Assembly (NCBI RefSeq): GCF_009914755.1
Contig: NC_060927.1
Strand: one strand, 5' to 3'
Length of the DNA stretch: 64,000 nucleotides
Source of the DNA: the human T2T-CHM13v2.0 reference genome, Homo sapiens
The notes beneath the pieces are model-generated. The model saw nothing but the letters and a program-made list of their open reading frames with translations, was not told the origin of the DNA and made no database searches. Shown here one piece after another: positions 52,460 through 64,000 of this stretch (within the stretch, counting starts at the first letter, position 1; the number at the start of each line of letters is the position of its first letter). A program made the translations under genes and the position numbers.

Positions 52460-54790
52460 AAATCCAGAGGAAAACCCCAGGTGGGATCTATCTGTATGAA
52501 GGATGAAATTTCCAAGGTCTGAACATAGAATGGCTGAGAGGAAGTGATGACCCTGTGAGTCAAGACCCTGGACCCTGGGGGAGCCCTGTGGGTTTGAGAA
52601 GCCCTGGGTGAAAGGTGAAGGGTTTTACAGGCCTGTTTACAGACCTCTGTAGTGACAGAAGGGAGATCTTTGTGCAAAGGTCAAAGTAAGAATTGGGAAA
52701 GTCTGAAAAGAAAACAGGAAAGTAATAATGAAGATGAAATAACTACTTGGCATACTCTGCCACATGATTTACAGGCAAGGTTTCCTTTGTTTTTCACAAC
52801 AATGCAGCAAAGAAGTGATTATGAGTCACATTTCATAAGTGAGAAGACTGACATTCAAACATGTTCAATAACTGGCCCAGGGTCCAGTGGTCAAGCCAGG
52901 ACTGGACTTCGGACCACCAGTTCCAAACCCACACCCCTTCCCTTGCACCACACGCTTTTGTGTGGATGAGCCTCCCCAACCCTGTCAACAACAAACTGTC
53001 ACTTTGTCACTTTTAATGTCTCCTGCTTCACAGGACACAGCTAGCCTCCAAGAGATCAGGGAGGCATGCCCAGAGGGTGCTGCTTCTCTCTTTTGAAGCT
53101 CAAGTGCCACAGACCTCAGAGGCACATAAATGTCCCCCACACTGAGCAGAGGACTTTGCAGTGCCTGATCAGGGCAGAAAAAGGAGGCATGCACCTGGGG
53201 GAGGATCACATACGAGTGAAACCTGTCCCCGCTGAAGCACTAGGTTTGGAGAAATCTACTGGGCATTTACACACCTTTCCCACTTCTGCTTATGACTTGT
53301 AGCCAAACTCAAGAGTACCACCCACTTCCAGGAATAGTGTACCAAGGTAACAGAAACATTCTAGATTCATACAATTGGGGTTAGATTAGGATCATCTGAA
53401 AATGAAGGTTGTGTATGTCAATTGCCTTCTAACAGGATGGGTGGAGAGATGTACTTAATGAATGATTTTGGGGAAGGGCTAGAAGTGAAGCACATGGCCT
53501 CTCTGCCCTCACTCATTGAAGGCTGTCTTCTGCCCCGTGGAGCTCAGTGCCTGTCACATGGTTGCCCACATTTGTTGAACTGAACTGCATTTTCATCTAT
53601 GGGCTTCAAAGGCTGTGTGTACTCTGGGATCTCTGGGAATCTGTCAGGGAAGGTGTCTTTGTCATGTTTGTGGATGGGGCTCCCTTTGGGGGTTTCCCAG
53701 GGCTTTACACTCATGCTCCGAGGGTACGTTTGTAGTCATTCTCATCAGTGGAAATGCCCACCTGCCGGCAGAAGTTATTTGGAACCAAGCAAGAGCACTG
53801 TCCCTGGCTGTGGTGTTGTTTCTCTAGTCAGTTCCCCTTTCTGTATTTGAGTTCTACCGTCAGTCCTGGCATTATTTCTCTCTCTACAAGGAGCCTTAGG
53901 AGGTACGGGGAGCTCGCAAATACTCCTTTTGGTTTATTCTTACCACCTTGCTTCTGTGTTCCTTGGGAATGCTGCTGTGCTTATGCATCTGGTCTCTTTT
54001 TGGAGCTACAGTGGACAGGCATTTGTGACAGGTATGTTTGTGGAGGCTCAGACGCCTAGGGAGTGGCATGAGATAAAGCTGCAAGCTGCATCTGGGGCAG
54101 AAATGCTGATGTGCTAATGGCCGGCCAGAGAATGAGTAAAAGGGATTGCAGAGAGCATGCTTAAAACCTCTGACCATCAGGTTTGCTTCTCAGATTGACT
54201 ACATTGGAGGTGGGATATTACAAAAATCTGTCTCTTCCTGCCAGATCCCTTCATCTGTTTTTCGTGAGCTAAGAGACAAAATAGGCAGGAAATAGAAGGT
54301 GCCACTTACCAAATAATTGGCAGCTGTTCTTGGCTTTGGGGTGCTGGGGTCTCCGAGCAGCCTCTGCTCTAGAAGAAGCAGTCCAAAGATGTCAGCTCGC
54401 CTCGCCTGAGTCCCCTGTGCCAGTGGGAAATCCAGAGAAGGGGGATTTCCTCCTCTTGCAGCCTCTCTGCAATGGACTTACTTGGCTTTCCTGTTTGACC
54501 TTTCCCTTCTCTGGTCCAGAGACCCTTCCCCAATATTTCTTCCCATCCAAGTGCCCCATCCCAATATTAGCCCCACTTGGCACCAGAGACCAAGATCTAA
54601 TTTAAAAAGAAATATTCTTGGGTCAAAAAAGAGCCCAAGCAAGTGATTGAACATAATGTGTTTCACATACGGTGAACCTATTTGCATTTGCATTTGCAAA
54701 CGGGCTTAAAATATCATCTCTATTAATAGCAATTTAAGGTTCTGGAGAGCCAGGTGAAAATAGTTTTTGACAAAGGGAACTTCCTACTCC
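52460..54790 (+). promoter_or_regulatory. CD86: CD86 downstream promoter/enhancer motif cluster
   Basis: kB consensus sites at 52469, 53689, 54441, 54775; GAS TTCCAGGAA 53326-53334; ETS GAGGAAGTG ~52538; octamer array 54680-54699. Confidence 0.65.
53835..54031 (+). other. CD86: CD86 alternative non-coding first exon (B70-type transcript)
   Basis: AGGAGCCTTAGGAGGTACGGGGAGCTCGCAAATACTCC...GGCATTTGTGACAG matches the remembered alternative CD86 5' UTR; donor GTATGT at 54032; 5' boundary approximate. Confidence 0.88.
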
Positions 54791-57700
54791 CCTTAAACTG
54801 TAATAATGAAGGAAATGAACTGTTTATCTTACATGTAACCTCAATCTTGGGACTAAGGCCCTGTACTAAAATGCGTCTATTTATGTGCTCAGACTTGCAG
54901 TTCGTGTTATGTCTGCTGCTGCAGATACCGTTAATATTATTTATGTGAGCTATCCTGTGTATAATGGAAGCTTTTATAAATCTCTATTTATTTATTCCTA
55001 ATATAGTTATTAAGTGCTTGCTATGTTCCAGGTACTAGGGACTTAACAGGTAGCATAAAAGACATAAGGAAAAGCTGCACTCTTGTTTTCTAGCCTAGTG
55101 GGGAAATCACATTAATTTAATCACACTAAACATGACTACATAGCAATAGTGCTTTAAAGGGAAGGAAATTGTTCTATGTGACTATATCAGCTGATTAATT
55201 ACCAAGCCTTTGCATTTGATATTTTGGTTAGTCTATTCTTCTTGAATTTCATATGCCTCTTCCTGGGTGGGGGTGAGGATGGGATTTTATGGAGTTGAGG
55301 CTAGGGCAGGTAGGGAGAAAACATGAGAAAGATGAAGAGATAAGCCAAGCCAGATTCTTCAGCAGAAAAATCAAGGTTGAAATACCATGTTTCAAAAATC
55401 AGACTGAGGTGGGAGTTGAGGTTAGGGGTCCCTAGGCCAGGGGATTGAAGCTTCAAAGAGATAAAACTAGAGCAAAAGCAAGCACAGAGAGTGGCAGAGA
55501 GGTCCCTGGGCATTTTTCCACAGTCCATTCTAGTGCTGGCAATCCACCTTTCATGGCCAGGCAGGTAAGAGTATTTGTGGGGTGGGAGAAAGGACAGGGC
55601 CATAGGCTGGGCACACAGCCCTTTACTGGCCCTTATCTCTCCTCTCTTCTCCTATACAGTGCTGTTTCCGAACTGTACATTGGCTTACACTCGGGCTGAG
55701 GTTTGGGAAATAGGCGCCATTTTGAATATGTGTGGAGGAAGAAAAGTGTGTCTTCAGCACTTTCCACCTCCCCATCACGGCCCTGAGACCTCAACACCGG
55801 GAAGCATCTCGTTCCCTATCGGTCCTCCTTTATTCATGGACGGATATGATTCCTTTCTAAGTTCCATGTCCTTTTTAGATAAATTAACTTGAACCTAATG
55901 CCTAATGGCTTAAAAACAAACAAAAAAAACCCTCTTCCTTCCAGCTAGCATTTGCATTTTAACAGGGGCTTTCAAAAAATGCCTTAGCCCAAGGAATGAG
56001 TAATGTGGGAATTCCAAGCAGCAGGGTAGGACTGGTGCACAGTATGGGGAGAGAAGGCCCCTCAAGTTGTGGCCCTGAAATGTTGGCTTCCTCTCTTTGA
56101 CCATGATGCTGTTTCTGAGAAAACAAGAATCAGGCTACCTTAGGGGACCAGGATGGGCATGGCTCCCTTTTAGTGAGTTCTATGAGCCTCATACCTGACA
56201 GTCAGAGCCCTCGAGTGGATGAGCACAGACTAGAAGAAGCACTGTGAAACTTTGCATGATCCTTACCTTTTTGGCAAAAAGGAAAAAAAATCGTTCTCAA
56301 ATTCATCAATAGTTTGAAATAGGGTGTGCCTTGATTCAGAAAGTTTCGATTCTAGATACAACTCGGAGAACTAGGCGTGTCTTGTACACAGATTTGCTCT
56401 TGGGGGACCGGAAAAGCTAAATGCTATCGCCATGCTATGCTCCTTCTTCTAGGCCAGTGAGGGGAACGCATTCTTCATTTTAATATTTCAGTTGCCTACA
56501 ATATTGGAAGGTGGATAAAAGCACCCTCTGCTCCTTCTAAATCTGCGAAGACATTTCTTCTCTGCACCTACTCATCCTTGATGCAGCTCTCCTCATGTCT
56601 GTATGGAAACACTGTGCTCTCAAATGAGTTTCAGAAAGAACAACTCACGAAAGAAAACAAGCATTCGGTCAGAAAAATCTCCACAAATGGGGGATAAGGG
56701 GGATTTGCTCCAAGGAGAGACTGGAAACCAAGTCAGACATAAAATCCAGCCTAAGCTAGAAGGAGACATGGCTGGTGGGAGCTTGAGGAAAACAGAGCTC
56801 AGGATGGAGGACGTCTCCACCTCCAGTCATGTCCTCTGTCCACCAGACACCAAGAAGTGTTCATGTTCCATCGAGGCAGCCCTCACACCCATCCCTTCCT
56901 CATCATGCCGACTGCCTCTTTACTGCTTCAGGCTCACCATCTCAAGTCGACGAGCCTGTAATACTGGCTTTCTTGATCACCCTGATACCAGCCGTCACCT
57001 CTTGACAGGCTTATTTTCTTTAAGCTGTCATTACACCATTTTTCTGCTCCCAAACTATTAATTCCAAACTTCCAATTTTCTGTTAAATTAAATATGAATT
57101 CCTTATTTGACTTTCCATGCCCTATTAGGCTATCTTGCTCCTTGCTTTACTTATAGAAACTAATCTCCCATTATTTATCCAAAGACAACCTCTGCTGCAG
57201 GCCAGTCAGCTTTTCTTACTGTCCTGTAAAAATTCCATGGTCACTCCTCCATTTCCATGTGTCCTTAAAAACTGTTATTTGATTGTGTCTCAGAAAGTCG
57301 TCAAAGAATATATACCAATGAAAAGCATCAAAAAGGTTATACTTGATGTTATGTGTGTATCAAAAATATGGCTGAAATATTTATCCAGTGAAACTCAATC
57401 AACACTAAAAAGTGGTTCTTTCGGAAGCATCAGTTCTTTGAGACCCATTAAACAGATGCCTCGGATGCAGGGTTATATATTATCAGGAATCTGTCTAGGG
57501 AAGAATTATTGGAAGCTTGCAAAGCCTTTCAAGGACAGAGGACGATAGCTACCACGTTGAGTTCTAGGAAATTAACCATTGTTATTGTTAAAGGAAGACA
57601 GCGTTTCTCAGAGGAAGACTGTTAACCAGTGCAGTGGCCCAGGCTAACAGCCCTCATAAGTGGGAGTATCAGAATGAGTGGACTTAATTACTTAAAACCA

Positions 57701-58989
57701 ATACAGGGTGGAACTTCATCTGCTATAACAGAAATCAACTCGTGCAAGTTCTAACATGCAGGGTACAGTTCTGAGACCAAGTCTGACTCACCTGTCAAAG
57801 CTCAGCTCAACTATTACCACCTTTACACCACCCTTCCAAGCTGTAGGAGTGCTTGCTGTTCTCCATGTCTTCTGAAGCCCTGGATCACTTGTAGCCAGCT
57901 CAGCAGACTCTACCCAGACAGGGATCCTTTAAATGTACCATATTGTCTACTGTGTTAAAAATGAGAGGAACTGACTCAGGGTGAGAGCGATGGAGTGTCC
58001 AGATGTTCTCCTTTATTTCTCCTTATTCCTGGAAATGTAATGAGAATCTTAGAGGTGAACTGAAAAGTTATGAGTTCAACCACTTACTCAATTCGAGATT
58101 CGCTCCTAAAATGTCTCTTCTGTGTTATCACCCCCACTTTGGTTTGAATAGTACTTGTGACAGGGAGCTTATCACCTCACAAGAAAATCCAGTCATTGCT
58201 TGTAGCTCTCTATTAAAAGTTTTCCATCATCTGGAACTGAAATCTGGCTCCCTGTAACTTTTAGTTATTGGAACTACTTGCCCTTCAGCAACAGTGTATG
58301 TATCCTCCCATGGAAGGGCCCTTACATATTTGCAGACACCCAGCATATACTTGCAATCTTTTCTTCTTCAGGTTCATTACCCTAGTCCTTTTAGTTGTTC
58401 TTCATTTGACATAATTTCATTATTCACTAGTGAACCTTGCTGCCCTTCCCCTTGATAAACCGAATTTGTCAGTGTCATTCAAGTATAACTGACCTCACAG
58501 AACGTGATACCACAAGCGATGTGGTCTGATTAGCACAGAGTTCAGTGAATGAATCCTACACTAGGATTGGATGAAATTTACTTAGCCATACCACACTAAC
58601 ACTTATGTGATTTTTATGTTTACTATGGATAGACTATTTCTCCTGTGTCCACTTCTTCCTCTTACACAGTTGTTATTTCAAAACTGAAGTACAGATTCTT
58701 ACACTTACCCTCAGGAGATTCATCATGTTAGTATTAGTCTCTCTTTTCAGGCTTTATGAATGTTAATTCAGCTAACTCATTTTTGAGCTATCTGTCTCAT
58801 TTTGTGCCATCTGCACAGCATAAGTTTGATTTCTGTTGCTTTTATTAGTAGTTTTACTAAATACATAAAAGTGAAATAGTGAAACACAGAGTCTTGTAGC
58901 ATCCACTGTGGGATCAGTCTTTTAGACAAGAATGATGCAGTTGCTGAGTCAAATGAATAAATGAATAAATCAAACAATACTTTGTCCTC

Positions 58990-59470
58990 ATTTCCCATAT
59001 TGATCTATCACCATATCCTGTTAATTATAATTCTAAATATTTCTTGATCTATCCACTTTTCCCTTACTTCACCTGCTACTATCCCAGACCAAACAGCCAT
59101 CTTCTTTCACTCAAACAATTGCAGTAGCCAACTGATTGGTCTTCCTGCATCTGTCCTGGCTTCCCTATCATCCATTTGCTACACAGAAACCATGGTCATC
59201 TTTTCAAAATGCAAATCTGATGATATCAGTCTCAGCTCTAATTTCTTTGGTGGTTCACATATAAAGACTGAAATCTTTAACTGACCAATAACACACGTGT
59301 GATCTGGCCCCTGCTCACCTCTTCAGCCTTGTCTTTCACCTGTCTCTTCATTTTGGCCACAGGGACCTCCTCGTACCTTCTCTCACGTGCCCTCCTGCCT
59401 CAGCGCCTTTGCATATGCTGTTCCCTTTGCCGAGAACTCTTCCTGTCAACTCCCAAGCCCTTCACCTACT
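58990..59470 (+). mobile_element. L2 LINE fragment
   Basis: TTTTCAAAATGCAAATCTGATGATATCA; GCCTTTGCATATGCTGTTCCCTTTGCC. Confidence 0.8.
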
Positions 59471-59680
59471 TAGCACCTACCTATTCAATCTGTTCTGTTT
59501 GCCTCTTGGTATGTTACAAACTGTCTCCAAACTTAGCAGCTTAGAACAATGAATCCTTTACCCTCTCTCACAATGTTTGGGGTCAGGAATTTGAGCGGGC
59601 CTTGGCTGATTTTTCTGTTCCTCATGCCATCAATTGATATCACCTGATGTTATTAAGCTGATGGATGGGCTGATCTGGAG

Positions 59681-60300
<620 letters not shown>

Positions 60301-60308
60301 ATCTAGAG

Positions 60309-60527
60309 CAGGAGTCAAGCAGTTTTTTCTATGAAAGGCCACATAGAAAATGTTTTCAGCTTTGCAGGCCATGCAGTCTCCATCATAGCTGTTCAACTCT
60401 TCCATTGCACTGCAAAAGCAGCCATAGATAATAATTTACAATAGACATAGCAGTGTTCCAGTACAACTATTAATAAAAATAGGTGGTAGCCAGATTTGGC
60501 CTACAGGCTGTAGTTTGCTGACCCCTG
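60309..60527. mobile_element. MER58A (hAT-Charlie) DNA transposon
   Basis: CAGGAGTCAAGCAG... / ...GTAGTTTGCTGACCCCTG TIRs, ~220 bp; TSD ATCTAGAG/ATCTAGAA. Confidence 0.88.
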
Positions 60528-60899
60528 ATCTAGAAGATCCAAGATTTTATTCATATGTCTGGTGGCTTGGCAGGGATAGGTGGAAGGCTCAGCTGGGACC
60601 ATTGACCCAAACAGCTATACAGTCCTCTCCAGCATGATGGTCTCGGGGTAGTGGGACATCTTACGTGGTGGCTCAGAACTCCAGATAAGGTACTCCCAGA
60701 GAGACAGGTAGAAGCTGTGAGGCTTCTTATGACCAAGCTCTCGAAGTCCCAGAATATCCCTTGTACTGTATTCTATGGTCAAACAGGTCACTCAGGCTAG
60801 CCCAGATTCAAAGAGAGGAGATCCAACTCTACCTCTTCATGGGAGGAGGAGTAGCCAAGGATATGTGTTTCTTTTTAATCTATTATATCATTCTTCAGA

Positions 60900-61142
60900 T
60901 CTCAGTTTAGGCTGGTCCTGTTATGGGCTCTCAAAGTACCATGAACCTCTCTTTTGTAGCACTTGTCATAGCTAGTTTTACATTTCTCTGTATGATTACT
61001 TGATCACTATCTTGCTTTTCTACTAAACTGTAGGCAACCACGTGAAGAGGAACTGTTTCTGGTTTTGCTCATTATATTCCTAGCACCAAACACAATGCTT
61101 GGTTCAATAAATATTTGTGGAAGAAACGAATGAATGAATGAA
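60900..61142 (+). mobile_element. L2 3' end
   Basis: TCAATAAATATTTGTGG...GAATGAATGAATGAA tail. Confidence 0.8.
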
Positions 61143-61371
61143 CCAATAGCAAATGAATGAATGAGTAATAACTGTATCAATATTAATCCTACATTTCTCC
61201 ATATTGCTGTCACGTATATCATAAGATACTCTGTCAGAAGCCTTGCTAAAATTCAAATATATTTGATTCCCAGTAACCTTCTTATTTTGTAGTTCAGAAA
61301 CTTTATAAAGAAGGAAATAAGCCTATCTTACTCTTCCCAGTATCTCAAAGAGGGTTTCTGCCCTGAGCTGC

Positions 61372-62698
61372 TCAAGAGGGTTTCTGCCCTGAGCTGCTGT
61401 TCATTCTGCAAACACTGCTCGAATACCCACTGTGTGCCAGGTACAGAGAGTTCTTCTCTGCTGTAATCTGGACAGGCACCAGCTTCCCAGCGTGGGTTTA
61501 GGCTTCAGGTGCACACTACTGTGTACCGTCTAAGCCACACCTAGAAGAGCTCTGGGGAAATATGACTACTTGGGCAGAAAAGGAAGGAACTAAGAAGAGG
61601 TATCTTTGTGTCTGAGGTCTGAAGGAGCGTGTGGGCTCTTGTTCAGGCAAAGGGCAGGATGAGGGGAGGTGGGGTGGCAGCAGCCAGTAATGGGGTGGGA
61701 CAGCGGAATGCAGAGGATGAAACTTCAGGTCCTGGTGCTCTGAGAAGTAACGCTGTGCAGCATGTCACACCCAGAGGCAAACCAAGGCCCCAGGGAGCTG
61801 ATGTTGCACTGGAGCTCTACTCTCCTCTCAGCGAGCTGGTGACGTGCCAGTCCAGCAGGCCTGGCTTATCCAACCACAAGTATGAATCGGCAGAAGGCAA
61901 TGAGCTGGGCCCTGAGTGCTGCTGGGCTGAGGCCGACCTAATCCTTCCTCCACAGAGACTGTGGTGTCCCCTGCTTTGCTCAGGGTAAGAACTCTTGTAT
62001 ACCTCACAAGAAGCCAAGGACTACCTACCACCTTCCACACTGGCCCTGGAGCCTGCATTGTAGTTATTTGTGGACACTTTTTCTTCTCTTTAGTGCCAGG
62101 TGGGGGACCAAGGCCTACATGTCTTTACAACCCCTCAATCTCTAGAACAAGTCTGACACTGAGTAGATGTAGCAAATGTTTGCCTGAAAGACTACCTCAA
62201 TAAATAACCTTCTGAGGCACCAGCAAACTTCTCAGCATTTTTCCTGATACTCCGGTTACCACTAACATTCTACACAAAGTTGTGAAATAAGTCTTTTTCT
62301 TTGTTGCTCTCCAACATCTACTGTGGACCCCTCCTCTCACTTCCTGTTTCATCCTCTCTGCACTCCCCTGTCCCACCCCATTACTGGCTGCTGCCATTCC
62401 ACCTCCCTCATCCTGCCCTTTGCCTGAATGAGAGCCCACATGCTCCTTCAGACCTCAGATACAAAGATACCCCTTCTTAGTTCCTTCCTTTTCTGCCCAA
62501 GTAGTCATATTTCCCCAGAGCTCTTCTAGATATGGCTTAGATGGTCCACAGTAGTGTGCACCTGAAGCCTAAATCCACGCTGGGAAGCTGGTGCCTGTCC
62601 AGGTTAAAGTGGAGAAGTACTCTCTGTACCTGGCACACAGTGGGTATTCGAGCAGTGTTTGCAGAATGAACAGCAGCTCAGGGCAGAAACCCTCTTGA
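61372..62698. repeat. Long inverted repeat: arms 61372-61723 and 62346-62698, spacer 622 bp
   Basis: Manual alignment gives 19 substitutions and 2 small indels over ~352 bp (~94%); outer 80 bp identical. Confidence 0.97.
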
Positions 62699-62899
62699 TG
62701 CAAAGGGATACTTTGGGGCCCCTTCTTCTCCCACCCCAGTCTGTCTCTCTGAGAGTCCTCTCGATTCCAGGAGCCACCATCACACCTGGCCCTAGGCTGT
62801 GCTGCTCCCGTCTGTCTCAGAGGCTAGATAACATCAGAGTCCTTTCCACTGGCTCCTGTGGCAGAGCAAAAACTGGTTGGCATTTTTAAACGTGCTACA

Positions 62900-63065
62900 C
62901 CAGTGTGAAAGAAACACAGGCTGCATGGGTTTAAATCTCAGCTGTACCATTTACTAGCTGGGCAGCCTAGGGCAAGTACTGTGACCTCTCTGAGACTCCA
63001 TTCCTTCATCTGTAACATGGGGACAAATAATCTCACCCTGTTGTGAGCAGTAATAGTATGATTAA
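62900..63065 (+). mobile_element. MIR SINE
   Basis: GGGTTTAAATCTCAGCT...CCTTCATCTGTAACATGGGGAC. Confidence 0.8.
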
Positions 63066-64000
63066 TCATTTAGCCAACTCTTATTCATGTTCTCTGATGG
63101 GCCAGACATACAAAGTAAGTGAAAGTGGATTACGGCAGGTGCTCTTCTTGGTTTCTGGAGTGAACCTCCATTTACATGGAGGCTCCTCTTTTTAGATTTC
63201 TGACTAGTTCACCCACCTTATTCATAGACCTTATTCTGTGCTTAGCTGACAGAAATCTCCTCTCAGAGAATCCCCCCGGTAAATTCTTAGGTTCTTTCCT
63301 CTTCCATTCCCCTTTTTGCTCTCTCCCTCCGAAGGCAAGAGTTTCCACTTTACAGGCCCACTGGAGAAAGTTATGGCTTCTGGTTGTGGTTGGAGGTTCA
63401 TTCCTGAGGGAGTGGGGACATTTCTACACTTCTTCACGGCCAATGACATTGGAGAAACTGGCTTCCTAACCCAGCCCACACCCTCGCACACACACATCAC
63501 ACATCATGGCTAGAATGGAGAGAAATTCTTCATATGGGGCACTTGTACTTCATGAAAGAAAATCATATCAATCTTGAGTATTTTAACATCCTATTACAGC
63601 AGGGTCACTGATAAACTAAGTGTCCAGAGTGTTTTCTAGGATGGTGTGTGGTCTCCAAATTAACATTAGTGAAGCTTACTGGAAGGATTGTTACTCCTGG
63701 GCCAGGCCAGGATTTTGAGGAGAGATGTGTTTGCTGTCACCAAATCCTTGACAGACTTTGGCAGAAGTGTGTTAGGCTTACTCTGGATAGCTTCAGAGGA
63801 CAAAACTAGTATTGACGGAAGGAAGGTAAGGAGAAGCAGCTTCTAACCCAGGGGAAGAGAGAGTTTCCAAACTGAGAAATCAAAAATGGTACTGATTCCT
63901 TGTCAGGGTCAGTGCTTCTCCCCACTGTGTGAATTACAGGGGCCATTTGTCCAAGATTCCTTAGAGCAATACTGATTTCATGTAATTATTTGAATGAAAG

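Noticed and set aside
56603-57548. 152-aa and 137-aa intronic ORFs as CD86 exons or a nested gene
   Set aside because: No similarity to the CD86 signal peptide or Ig domains, nor to any family I recognise

Overview
This is mammalian DNA, almost certainly human/hominid, and about half of it is repeats. It contains the 5' end of CD86 (B7-2) on the + strand. Exon 1 (~31351-31492) encodes MDPQC- and ends in a GTGAGT donor. An alternative non-coding first exon lies at ~53835-54031. The next coding exon is not in the window. From recall of the locus, ILDR1 is divergently transcribed just left of the window; this is not visible here. The upstream 31 kb is a nest of transposons: a full-length L1PA2 (intact ORF1; ORF2 broken by one nonsense change and one frameshift; antisense promoter facing CD86) inside an ancient L1M, a complete LTR-internal-LTR MST/THE1 element, solo MaLR LTRs, Alus and a Y1-RNA retrocopy. 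The structures that repeat names do not explain are (i) a ~352-bp non-Alu inverted repeat around a 622-bp spacer with a tandem duplication at its edge (61348-62698) and (ii) a 73-bp fold-back palindrome welded to the 5' junction of an L1PA3 (49061-49218). Both lie in CD86 intronic sequence. I found no evidence for a new protein-coding or prokaryote-type system. Nearly all ORFs in the track are repeat-derived or chance. Subfamily calls and identities were made by eye against remembered consensus sequences.
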